A DNA stretch of 64,000 nt from assembly GCA_944392815.1 (NCBI GenBank), contig CALXXY010000001.1, positions 205,237-269,236 on the forward strand. Direction: 5' to 3'. The position numbers and the translations under genes are program-made. Below the pieces are notes generated by a model, which was given only the letters and a program-made list of their open reading frames with translations, was not told the origin of the DNA and did not search any database. Each line of letters begins with the position of its first letter. The first letter of the stretch is position 1. Shown piece after piece: positions 1 to 8,970 of the stretch. This stretch comes from an uncultured Alphaproteobacteria bacterium. GTDB taxonomy: Bacteria > Pseudomonadota > Alphaproteobacteria > Rs-D84.

Positions 1-163
1 ATTCACCATAAAGACCCATATTACAGCCCTTTTTTATACCATCGGTATCTTTATAACTAATATTTTTATTTTTTATCGTGCTAACTATATTTTGTGCTAT
101 TGTTGCAAAACCTAATAAATCTTTTTCAACATTAACTGTTGGAACTTCTGCCAAATTATTCAT
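1..163 (-). CDS. KAP-family P-loop NTPase, N-terminal part (runs off the window edge)
   Basis: Manual translation from ATG at 163: MNNLAEVPTVNVEKDLLGFATIAQNIVSTIKNK...GCNMGLYGE. The 'DLLGF..IA..I' start and 'GLYGE(W)' lead-in to Walker A are typical of KAP NTPases. Not in the ORF track. Confidence 0.65.
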   Translation of the reverse strand, partial: MNNLAEVPTVNVEKDLLGFATIAQNIVSTIKNKNISYKDTDGIKKGCNMGLYGE

Positions 164-464
164 ACATATGCCCTTTCATTATAAAGAATTGTATTATAAT
201 AGTATAAAACTAAATTCCTAGCATTAGAATAATGCGCCTCTAAAAGGCTATTAAAATTATCATCATAAAAATATCAAAATTTGATGCATATTGACTACTT
301 TCACTTATTTAACATAATTATTACCAAGAGTACTTCATTATAACAACAATAAGGAACTCTTATTCATATGTTTTTGGACAATTTAAAGATCACCTATCGA
401 TTTAAACTTGCACTTAGATCATCATTAAAAGCTCAAGGAGTTTGTTGCCATATTAGCACACCCT

Positions 465-893
465 TCATCCCTTTATATACGAATCAAATTTTTCTATAAA
501 ACTGCGTGCATTTAAAAACAACAACCTTACCTGTTCCATATTTATATGATTAATATTTATCGATGCTGTATGCGCGCTACTCTGATTCCTTAGATTTTTA
601 ATTTGCTGAATTGACGAAATTTCCTCGAATAAAAATACATTCTGTCCATTAGCACCAAGAACCCCTCTACAGTGATCAAACACATCTTCCGGTTCTTTAG
701 CATTGCATTTTTCACGTATTAAAATCAAATTAGCTTGTACATACTCATCAATTTCTGCATTAATTTTTACGATATAATATTCTGCTAATATGGCATTCAA
801 AAGGCCATAATTATTCCCGATTTTGACACTATCAGGAATTTCTTGCAAAATATTATTTATCAACTGCAAAAGCTGTTCCGAACTATTAAGCAC
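465..893 (-). CDS. HEPN-domain protein (putative RNase)
   Basis: 142 aa, helical-looking, with an RX5H motif 'LRNQSSAH' near the C-terminus; 10 bp downstream of the DUF262 gene; GTG start. Confidence 0.65.
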   Translation of the reverse strand: MLNSSEQLLQLINNILQEIPDSVKIGNNYGLLNAILAEYYIVKINAEIDEYVQANLILIREKCNAKEPEDVFDHCRGVLGANGQNVFLFEEISSIQQIKNLRNQSSAHTASININHINMEQVRLLFLNARSFIEKFDSYIKG

Positions 894-903
894 TAGTAAA
901 ACC

Positions 904-1950
904 CTATTTCAGTATATTTCTAGCTATTTCTAGTCGGGTATCAACGAATTTTTTTGACGTTGTCCCATTACCCCTCAGAATAATTTCCATATACTCTGGG
1001 TTTTGCTTTAAAAGTTCAAATTTTTCGGGTAAATTTTCCACTTCCCCGTTGTGCATCAATGCCACTATTACCGAGTCAAGCAAAGTATAATTTGGAATAT
1101 GGCTTTTATTTATTGAAAAGGGATGTTCTGGTAATACATTATCAATTTGTTCCACTGCTTTTAAGAAAAGTTCTTGCACATCTGTCTTTTCGCTATTTTT
1201 GTTAGACTCCATATATTCATTTAGATAAGACTTCATTACCCCCGTATATTCCACTTCATAAAAAGCGAAACAACGAAGCACTAACTCCAAATCCAAGAAA
1301 CGCTTTCCCAGTCCTTGTACCCCCAATATATTTTGCCAATGCATATTTTTATTTGTCTCTTCTAAAACCATAAGAAATTTGCCGTATGCTATACTTCTTC
1401 GAATTTCCATATTATTCAAAGACACCCCTCCGGTATTTAATCTTTCAAAAATCTTATATAAAATAGACCTATCGTTAAAATTTGTTGGACGTATAACAGT
1501 CGCTGACAACACAACATTTTGCAATCTTCGTTGTTGCACTTGATCTAATTCACTAAACTTTTTATTACAATATGGGCTATTTTCATTTAACTTTTTTAAT
1601 TTGAATTCATCATTTAAAAAGGCCGCAATAGTACTTATACGCTGCAAACCATCAACAATAGAAAAACTTGCGCCATCTTTTGTAAACAAAAACACCGGAG
1701 GGACAGGCAACCCCATAAAAAAAGATTCTATTAAACGAGATTTACGAACATCATCCCACACGGGCCGACGTTGAAAATCAGGTACATTAAAAGTATGGTC
1801 TTTAAAATATTTAGAGTAATTTTCTAGCGTGTAAAAAGCGGGATATGTATTAATTTCATAATTTGTATTATCAGGCTCCATTTCGTCTTCTTCGATAATT
1901 TCTCTTTGTTTATCAATTTCTTCTAACCGCAATAAAACATCATCTGCCAT
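904..1950 (-). CDS. DUF262 (ParB/Srx-like) domain protein
   Basis: DUF262 motifs 'VPDFQRRPVW', 'SRLIES..MGLPVP', 'IVDGLQR', 'IFERLNTGG..L...EIR'. Confidence 0.9.
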   Translation of the reverse strand: MADDVLLRLEEIDKQREIIEEDEMEPDNTNYEINTYPAFYTLENYSKYFKDHTFNVPDFQRRPVWDDVRKSRLIESFFMGLPVPPVFLFTKDGASFSIVDGLQRISTIAAFLNDEFKLKKLNENSPYCNKKFSELDQVQQRRLQNVVLSATVIRPTNFNDRSILYKIFERLNTGGVSLNNMEIRRSIAYGKFLMVLEETNKNMHWQNILGVQGLGKRFLDLELVLRCFAFYEVEYTGVMKSYLNEYMESNKNSEKTDVQELFLKAVEQIDNVLPEHPFSINKSHIPNYTLLDSVIVALMHNGEVENLPEKFELLKQNPEYMEIILRGNGTTSKKFVDTRLEIARNILK

Positions 1951-2173
1951 GATTTTAACACCCCTATAAATAGTTAATTAGTGTATTTAGTATATAAAAA
2001 TATGTGTTTTTAAGCAAGAACTGTTATCAATAACATAAAAAATAATATACCCCCGATAACACTATACGTTCGAAACATTTTCTTTACAAGAAAGCATTCC
2101 AATATCCACAGCCTTTTTCATGGAGAAACAAATCATACTATTTGCAATAAATTGTACACACATCAAAAATTTA

Positions 2174-2201
2174 TTGACTTTACAGCATTTTATTTTACCA
2201 T
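2174..2201 (+). promoter_or_regulatory. Putative sigma70 promoter for the ProRS-like/AsnRS-like operon
   Basis: TTGACT (2174-2179), 16 nt spacer, TACCAT (2196-2201), about 30 nt before ATG 2231. Confidence 0.35.
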
Positions 2202-2230
2202 GCTTGTTATCAAAATAAAGGTTTATTAAC

Positions 2231-3427
2231 ATGCGGTTATCATCTATTCCGTACTCTGCGAGTATAAACTTACTTCAGTGCAATAAATCTGTTCCTTGTA
2301 ATCGTTTACTGGCCGACACAAACCTTATTCAACAAAATAGCCCTGGACATATTATATATACACCAATAGTTCAAAAAATAAAAAAGAACATTGAAAACAT
2401 CACATTGGAAAACGCTGAGAAATACGGTTTCAATGAAATGCTGTTTCCGGTTTTGATGGAAACCAAGCTTTTAGACGCATCAGGCAAAACTCAAGAATAT
2501 GCCGATGAATTTTATGCACCGTCCGATTCAAAAGGAAATTTGATTATCTCGCCAACCACGGAAGAAAGACTGATAGATTTTGTGGCACGCAGTGGCGTTT
2601 TATCCTATAAATCATTGCCTATGCGATTTTCACAGGTGTCTAATGTATACAGAAATTTGAAAAGAACTGAAGGATTGTATAAATCACGAGAAATTTCATG
2701 TGTTGTTTTGACTGCTATTGACAAAGATAATGCAACTTATTTACAAACAATGAAAGATTTCAGATTGTTATGTGAAGAATCATTCAAACAAATGGGCATC
2801 CCAAATTTTTATATCCAAGATAAAATGTCTGGCGCAGTTGAATTCTTTTATACAACAGAGTTAGCTGATAGACCGCTAAGCAAAAGTATTATCAACAACT
2901 TTGGAAACAAGAACAAGTTTGAAACCCAAGAATTGTTTGGTAGTTTATCCATGGGCTATCCTTTTAAACAGAGTGAAAATTTCAATTTATTTTACACGGA
3001 CAACAGAGGCACACGCAAGAAACCTGTAGTCAGCACATATGGTATCGGAACCCAACGTTGTATCCACACATTATTTGAACAAGCGAAAAACGGGCGTACA
3101 GATGCGTTTTCTCCAGCGGTACGTCCTTTTGACGTTGATATTATTGTATTATCCAAAGACACCCAACATGCTCAAATTAAGATATTGGCCGAACAATTGC
3201 AAAAAAATAAGATCCATTATTGTATCGACGATCGTAATAATAGCATGAAAGATAAAATGCGATTTTCGGAATTCTTTTCCATACCATGTCGTATTATTAT
3301 CGGTGACAAAGAAATTGCACAACAACAATATTCTGTAAAACCGTTGACGGTAAATGAGCCAATGTATGTTGATATAGCAAAAGCAATAGAACTTGTAAAA
3401 CAATTAACAATAGAGAGAGTGAGATGA
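2231..3427 (+). CDS. Divergent prolyl-tRNA synthetase paralog (class IIa aaRS core + anticodon-binding domain)
   Basis: Motif 1 region 'YTPIVQKIKKNIENI..FNEMLFPVL', 'SPTTEE', motif 2 'YRNLKRTEGLYKSREI', motif 3 'YGIGTQR', C-terminal 'IDDR..MKDKMRFSEFFSIPCRIIIGDKE'. Confidence 0.8.
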   Translation: MRLSSIPYSASINLLQCNKSVPCNRLLADTNLIQQNSPGHIIYTPIVQKIKKNIENITLENAEKYGFNEMLFPVLMETKLLDASGKTQEYADEFYAPSDSKGNLIISPTTEERLIDFVARSGVLSYKSLPMRFSQVSNVYRNLKRTEGLYKSREISCVVLTAIDKDNATYLQTMKDFRLLCEESFKQMGIPNFYIQDKMSGAVEFFYTTELADRPLSKSIINNFGNKNKFETQELFGSLSMGYPFKQSENFNLFYTDNRGTRKKPVVSTYGIGTQRCIHTLFEQAKNGRTDAFSPAVRPFDVDIIVLSKDTQHAQIKILAEQLQKNKIHYCIDDRNNSMKDKMRFSEFFSIPCRIIIGDKEIAQQQYSVKPLTVNEPMYVDIAKAIELVKQLTIERVR

Positions 3428-4428
3428 CCCGACCTGTATCTTCCTGGAACAACCCAAAGCAACACTTAGACAAACTGTTAACAACACCTTGGTATAGAGT
3501 CATTAACAAAATATTTTCTGAGATATTGGTACTTACTCACGATTTTTATAAAACTGAAAATATTGCACCCACAATTTTTCCAATTACTACTGGTTCTGTC
3601 AGTAGTCCTTTTGGGCTTGGGAGTGATTCTTTGCCAGTAAAAATCAAAATTAAGAATAATGACATATATTTGGCAGATTCTATGCAGTTTTCATTGGAAA
3701 TTGCATCTCGCTTGAACACCAATGGAGCATATTATATTATGCCGTCTTTTCGTGGCGAAGATATGGATGCCCGTCATCTTAACGAATTCGTTCATTCAGA
3801 GGTCGAAATAAAGGGCTCTCTGGACGATGTTATGGCGTTGGCCGAACGTTACATAAAATTTCTTATCAAGGGATTAAAGTTATCTTGCGCAACAGAAATT
3901 ACAGAAGTATGTGGCACAACGGAACACTTAGATACAGCTTTGGCACGTCCATTTCATAAAATTAGATTTGAAACCGCTATGCAAGAATTAGCCAGCGTCG
4001 AGGATGCATTTAAAAGGTTGGATGATAAATTATACGCTATTACATCTGCTGGAGAACATGCGTTGATTGACAAATATGGTGATTTTACATGGATAACAAA
4101 CATGCCTCACAAAGCAGTGCCTTTCTATCAAGCAGAAGAACCTGACACAGAATATTCTATGACAGGCGATTTACTGGCTGGAATTGGCGAAATATTAGGC
4201 TGTGGACAACGTGTATTCTCAGCTCAAGACGCAATTAATTCTTTAGATAATCACAATATTGACAAGACTGGTTATCAATGGTATATCCACATGCGTGAAA
4301 TAAATCCTCTACAAACATCAGGCTTTGGAATGGGGATAGAGCGGTTTATTTTATGGTTGTTAAAACACAACGACATCCGTGATTGCACTTTACTGATTCG
4401 CAACCACAAGGATGTCGTATTTCCTTAA
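3424..4428 (+). CDS. AsnRS/AspRS catalytic-domain-only paralog (archaeal asparagine synthetase A / AsnRS2-like amide ligase)
   Basis: 'YLADSMQF', motif 2 'SFRGEDMDARHLNEFVHSEVE', 'GEILGCGQR', motif 3 'TSGFGMGIERFILWL'. Only 334 aa, no N-terminal OB-fold. ATGA overlap with the upstream gene. Confidence 0.85.
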   Translation: MTRPVSSWNNPKQHLDKLLTTPWYRVINKIFSEILVLTHDFYKTENIAPTIFPITTGSVSSPFGLGSDSLPVKIKIKNNDIYLADSMQFSLEIASRLNTNGAYYIMPSFRGEDMDARHLNEFVHSEVEIKGSLDDVMALAERYIKFLIKGLKLSCATEITEVCGTTEHLDTALARPFHKIRFETAMQELASVEDAFKRLDDKLYAITSAGEHALIDKYGDFTWITNMPHKAVPFYQAEEPDTEYSMTGDLLAGIGEILGCGQRVFSAQDAINSLDNHNIDKTGYQWYIHMREINPLQTSGFGMGIERFILWLLKHNDIRDCTLLIRNHKDVVFP

Positions 4429-5393
4429 TGTTTAAGGATAGTTAAAGAATTATCAGAAATTTTTACCTGACCACCAATTGGTAAGGTTACCATTGGATAA
4501 GTGTGTCCAAAATCGATGTTGGCCAGCACAGGCATAGCCTTTAATTCTGGATGAATATTAAATATAGAGACAATATCTTCTTTAGATATTTCGTTTTTCT
4601 GTTCCATGCGTCCAAACAATATTCCACGAACATTTTTAAACCAGGGTTGATGTATTGTGGATTGCAAAATTCTATCCAATATGTACTTGTTACCACCCTC
4701 TATTTCCACCGCCAAAATCACATCTTCATCAATGGGCATATACTGTGTGCCATACAACAATTGGACAGTTGTGGCTTCGCCACCAATCAGGGTACCGGTA
4801 GCATTTCCATGGTTAATTACCCAAAAGCCGTCGTTTTCATGAAAAGTTCTATCTTCTTGGTTTATAAACCATTCAGGGTCGTCACTCCATTTTGTGCTGG
4901 CCACTAATGTCTTTTCAGAATTATCAAACAGTATGTGTTTCAAATAGTCCATAGAATAATCTGCGCCGTATTTCATTCCCAATGTAGAAAAATGTGGTCC
5001 ATAATATGAAACAATACCTGTTTTTGCCAGTATTGCGTTTTGTAATGCAGCAATGTCAGAATACCCGATTAACATCTTAGGATTTTGCCTTATCAAATCA
5101 TAATCTATTAAATCCAGCAACTGATTAGAATTAAAACCACCAATAACTGTGAATATAGCTTTTACATTACTGTCTTTATACGCATCGTGAATATCGTTCA
5201 GACGGGCCACCACAGGTGAAGAAACAAAGGCGTCTATAATGTCCAGATTTTTCCCAAAAGATACTTTCAACCCCATATCTTCCAATCTTTGTTGGGCCAA
5301 GGCTCTTACATCTTCGCCAATAATTTTATACGACATAGCCGGCGCAATAATACGTACTTCATCACCAGCTTTTAGTTTTTGTGGAAAAATCAT
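4425..5393 (-). CDS. mccF: MccF-like S66 serine peptidase (LD-carboxypeptidase family)
   Basis: 'P.KLKAGDEVRIIAPA', 'IGGFNSNQLL', 'GYSD' (catalytic Ser), 'DFGHT' (catalytic His), aromatic loop 'KWSDDPEWF'. Confidence 0.88.
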   Translation of the reverse strand: MIFPQKLKAGDEVRIIAPAMSYKIIGEDVRALAQQRLEDMGLKVSFGKNLDIIDAFVSSPVVARLNDIHDAYKDSNVKAIFTVIGGFNSNQLLDLIDYDLIRQNPKMLIGYSDIAALQNAILAKTGIVSYYGPHFSTLGMKYGADYSMDYLKHILFDNSEKTLVASTKWSDDPEWFINQEDRTFHENDGFWVINHGNATGTLIGGEATTVQLLYGTQYMPIDEDVILAVEIEGGNKYILDRILQSTIHQPWFKNVRGILFGRMEQKNEISKEDIVSIFNIHPELKAMPVLANIDFGHTYPMVTLPIGGQVKISDNSLTILKH

Positions 5394-5404
5394 CTCTCTC
5401 TCCT

Positions 5405-6229
5405 TTATTTATTTGTGCCAAATACAAATATATTATTACCACGAGCAGCCACATCATTGTTTTTGATATGCTCTTTTTCCATATCAAAAATCCGTTGAAA
5501 AATTTCTTTATTTTCTAGTATATCGGCTATTTCGCCAGTTTGTCCACGCAATTGGGTTTCTTGATACCCAGGATAAATCAGATTTGGAAAACCAGAACAA
5601 AAATCAACTGTTATATTATGCTTTTTCATCATATCCTTGATGCTGTTCGGCGAGAACATATTAATATATGGCATTTGATCTGTAAAACGACCACGTCCAG
5701 ACAGACATTTATTTGCCTCATCAATATTTCCCAGTTTTGTATTAAAGAATGCTGCGTGATACATATTTGGTGCCAATGTACAAATTATACCGCCTTTTTT
5801 TGTTACGGATTTTAACTGTTCAAAAAAATTATCAACATTTTCACCTACGAAACCGATAACATTATGAAAATTAAATACAAAATCAAACTGTTCGTCTACT
5901 TGTGACAAATCGTTCAAATCTTGTAACATAAAATCCCATCTTCCCTGATACGGAATTGACTTATGTTTAGCTACATCCAACATTTCTTTGGAAAAGTCTA
6001 TCGTAACACCAGAACACTCTGGAAATTCCTCTAATAATTTATGAGACCAACGACCTGTACCACCACCCGCATCACAAAACCTGAAATTCTTAGGTAATTT
6101 AGGAATAATATATGTTTTTATGGAATCCCACAACAGGGCATCTGATAACCGCCAATAACTTTGATTTTCTACCAAGTCATATTCTGATGCTTTCTCTGCA
6201 AAATATTTTAATACAGAATCTTTGTACAT
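5405..6229 (-). CDS. Class I SAM-dependent methyltransferase
   Basis: SAM-binding 'CDAGGGTGRWS', 'IDFSKEMLDVA', 'QFDFVF', 'KKGGII'. Confidence 0.9.
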   Translation of the reverse strand: MYKDSVLKYFAEKASEYDLVENQSYWRLSDALLWDSIKTYIIPKLPKNFRFCDAGGGTGRWSHKLLEEFPECSGVTIDFSKEMLDVAKHKSIPYQGRWDFMLQDLNDLSQVDEQFDFVFNFHNVIGFVGENVDNFFEQLKSVTKKGGIICTLAPNMYHAAFFNTKLGNIDEANKCLSGRGRFTDQMPYINMFSPNSIKDMMKKHNITVDFCSGFPNLIYPGYQETQLRGQTGEIADILENKEIFQRIFDMEKEHIKNNDVAARGNNIFVFGTNK

Positions 6230-6242
6230 AGAACCCTCCTCT

Positions 6243-7520
6243 TTATCTAAGTTTTGTCTGTTGTGTTAATCTTATTAAATCGTTAACTGACATCTGTGTA
6301 ACGTTACCATTTTTGCGATCTTTTACCTCGACATTGCCTGTATTAAAGAATGTTTTACCGATAATTATTCTATTTGGAATACCAATAAGGTCACTTTCTG
6401 CAAATTTAATACCTCCACGTACATCTTTGCGGTCGTCATATAAGACATCAAATTGTGCATTTAATAACTGTTGATATATATTGTCTACAACAGCTATTTC
6501 GTCATCTTTTACCGCCATTGAAATTAGATGCCATTCAAACGGCGCTATTTTAGCAGGCCATACCAATCCCCTGTCGTCACTTAAGCACTCTGCAACAGTA
6601 CCCATAACACGGCTTGGACCAATACCATAACACCCCATGATAATAGGTTTGCTTTGGCCCTTGTTATCAATAAAATTCGCATCAAACGGTGCTGTGAAAC
6701 GTGTACCAAGCTTAAATATGTTTCCAACTTCTACAGCGCGTTTTTGTTCAAATGTTTTTTCTATACCATCCGTATAGTTTGGAATAATATCGCGCAAAGC
6801 ACATTTATCTCCGATAATTTCACGATTGATAGCAATTTTTGTCCCTGGAATTATATAAATGGTATCTTCACCGGCATCGGTCAATGTTTGGAATTCATGA
6901 GAATATTTTGCAAACGCACCTCCACTGGCATATGTAAAATAAGTTTTATCACCAATACCACAATCCGTGTAGAACTCCATATACATTTGAGCAACTTTTT
7001 CATAATACATATCTAAATCTGCCTGACTTTCATGAAAAGAATACAAATCATTCATACGAAATTCTTTACACCGGAACAAGCCAGACTTTGAACGAGGTTC
7101 ATCTCTGAACTTGTTTTGAATCTGAAATACCGCCTTTGGCAAGTCTTTATAAGAAGAGATAAAATTAGTCACAAAAGGCGTAACAACCTCTTCGTTTGTT
7201 GGACTTAAGGCATATTCTTTATCTGCATGGCCATGAATCTTATATAAAACATCTATCTTATCCCAACGACCGGTTTGCTTCCAAACATCTGACGGCTGCA
7301 AAACAGGCATCATAACTTCTTGGCCGTTTACAGTTTGCATATACTGACGGATTAAATTCTCAATTTTGTTCAATGTTCTAAAGCCCAATGGCATATAAGA
7401 ATAAGCCCCCCCCATTAATTTATGAATAAAGCCTGCGCGTGTCAACAACTGGGCGTTTTTAGACATCTCTTGTACATTGGAGGCTTTTTGTGTTTTATAA
7501 AACAAGTTACTTTGGCGCAT
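6243..7520 (-). CDS. proS: Prolyl-tRNA synthetase, short bacterial type without INS editing domain (second, island-borne copy)
   Basis: 'LLTRAGFI', 'YSYMPLG', 'SPTNEE', 'FQIQNKFRDEPR', 'VEVGNIFKLG', 'MGCYGIGPSR', 'GLVWP..IAPF', 'LYDDR', 'DLIGIP'; 425 aa. Confidence 0.9.
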   Translation of the reverse strand: MRQSNLFYKTQKASNVQEMSKNAQLLTRAGFIHKLMGGAYSYMPLGFRTLNKIENLIRQYMQTVNGQEVMMPVLQPSDVWKQTGRWDKIDVLYKIHGHADKEYALSPTNEEVVTPFVTNFISSYKDLPKAVFQIQNKFRDEPRSKSGLFRCKEFRMNDLYSFHESQADLDMYYEKVAQMYMEFYTDCGIGDKTYFTYASGGAFAKYSHEFQTLTDAGEDTIYIIPGTKIAINREIIGDKCALRDIIPNYTDGIEKTFEQKRAVEVGNIFKLGTRFTAPFDANFIDNKGQSKPIIMGCYGIGPSRVMGTVAECLSDDRGLVWPAKIAPFEWHLISMAVKDDEIAVVDNIYQQLLNAQFDVLYDDRKDVRGGIKFAESDLIGIPNRIIIGKTFFNTGNVEVKDRKNGNVTQMSVNDLIRLTQQTKLR

Positions 7521-7647
7521 AACAAATACCTTTTGTGTTGCCTACATATACACTCTTCTGTGCTAAGAATACCGAAATCATAGGAAAAATCAAGAAGTTC
7601 TTGAATATAAAGCTATCAAAAAACAGCGTTTATAGTCCATATTAAAA

Positions 7648-8820
7648 TCATACACTGTTTATCATCCTATCCACGGCTTTTTGCATAGAGGCACGGACTG
7701 GATCGGCAGACAAACGGGCATAAATAGCAGTTGCAGCGGTTGATTTATGCCCCAAAGACCTGCCAATTACATTCATGCTTGCTCCTGTAATCGCTTGATA
7801 ACTTCCCATAGTTCTACGTAAATCATGTAGTCGTAGATTATCTATATTCGCTCGTCTTAGAAGACTTTTCCATGCACGTTTTGGCTCTTCCAGATGGCCA
7901 CTGGCACTTTGTTCACTTGGTAACACCCAAGAACTATTACTATTTTGTTTAATTTTTAATAATAATTCTCTTAACTGTTCGATAATCGGGACCTGCATAG
8001 GTTCACCATTTTTAGTATCTGATAAGTATATAAAGCCATTTACTAAGTCTATCTGAGACCAGCGCAGGCTCAATACATTACTTCTACGCTGTCCAGAATA
8101 TAGAGAAATCAGCACATAATTCTTAAACACATCATTGGGTTCGTTATTTAATGCGTCAAACAATCGTTTTAATTCGTCATCTCGTAAAAATCTATCCCGA
8201 CTTATTTCCCTGAACATTTTTATACCATCAGTTGGATTTTCAAAACGTTTCGGGAATCCGCATTCATAAGCTTTGTTATACATATGTCTGATAAGCGCCA
8301 GCATACGATTGGCGGTATACGAACTTACCGTTTGTCGCAAGAAGTTATGATGTCGCGCTACTTCATCACGGCTTATTGTTCGCATCTGACGATTATGAAA
8401 TACAGACAAATGATTTCTAAAAGTAGCATTATCGTTAATTTGCGTTTTCTGCTTTTTATGCGTTAAGGAATGCACAGGTAAATATACTTTTTCATAATAT
8501 TCTTTCAATGTCATATCATGCAATTCATCAAAGCGTTCTTGCGCTGGATCTTCGCCGCATATTGCCCTTTCACGCATTGTATGCGCTTTACGACGCGCAG
8601 TTTCCAATTCAACATGTCCGAACTTACCTATCTTTATACGTTTAGGCATCCCCTGATATTTCATATAGGCATAAAATGTTTTAGAGCCACCATAAGAAAC
8701 AATTAAACACAGACCATCTTTTGAGCCTGAATCATAATACACAACCTGGTTTTTTTCCTTGGTTGGAATAGGCAAAGAAGCTATTGCTTTTTTAGTAAAA
8801 TTTATGGTCTGTGTTTTCAT
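7648..8820 (-). CDS. int: Tyrosine recombinase/integrase (P4-like, N-terminal arm-binding domain)
   Basis: N-terminal 'DGLCLIVSYGGSKTF...RIKIGKF'; catalytic 'SGQRRSNV', 'DTKNG', 'LHDLRRT', 'LGH', 'TAIYAR'. Confidence 0.93.
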   Translation of the reverse strand: MKTQTINFTKKAIASLPIPTKEKNQVVYYDSGSKDGLCLIVSYGGSKTFYAYMKYQGMPKRIKIGKFGHVELETARRKAHTMRERAICGEDPAQERFDELHDMTLKEYYEKVYLPVHSLTHKKQKTQINDNATFRNHLSVFHNRQMRTISRDEVARHHNFLRQTVSSYTANRMLALIRHMYNKAYECGFPKRFENPTDGIKMFREISRDRFLRDDELKRLFDALNNEPNDVFKNYVLISLYSGQRRSNVLSLRWSQIDLVNGFIYLSDTKNGEPMQVPIIEQLRELLLKIKQNSNSSWVLPSEQSASGHLEEPKRAWKSLLRRANIDNLRLHDLRRTMGSYQAITGASMNVIGRSLGHKSTAATAIYARLSADPVRASMQKAVDRMINSV

Positions 8821-8825
8821 ATTTT

Positions 8826-8873
8826 TTTGCTACTTATTTGCTACTGATGGCATTTTTTGCTACCGTTTGCTAC
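8826..8873. repeat. Four TTTGCTAC direct repeats, probable integrase arm-type binding sites
   Basis: Copies at 8826-8833, 8837-8844, 8856-8863 and 8866-8873, between the integrase start and the att core. Confidence 0.7.
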
Positions 8874-8970
8874 CAATTTTGATTAAACTATAACAAACTT
8901 AGAAATCGTTGTAAAGCGCAGAATACTAAGAAAAATTTAACATTGTAAAACACCGTTAAACATACGACTT

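Noticed and set aside
2231-7520. Canonical microcin C operon
   Set aside because: No MccB ThiF-adenylase, no precursor peptide ending in Asn identified, and no exporter in the window.
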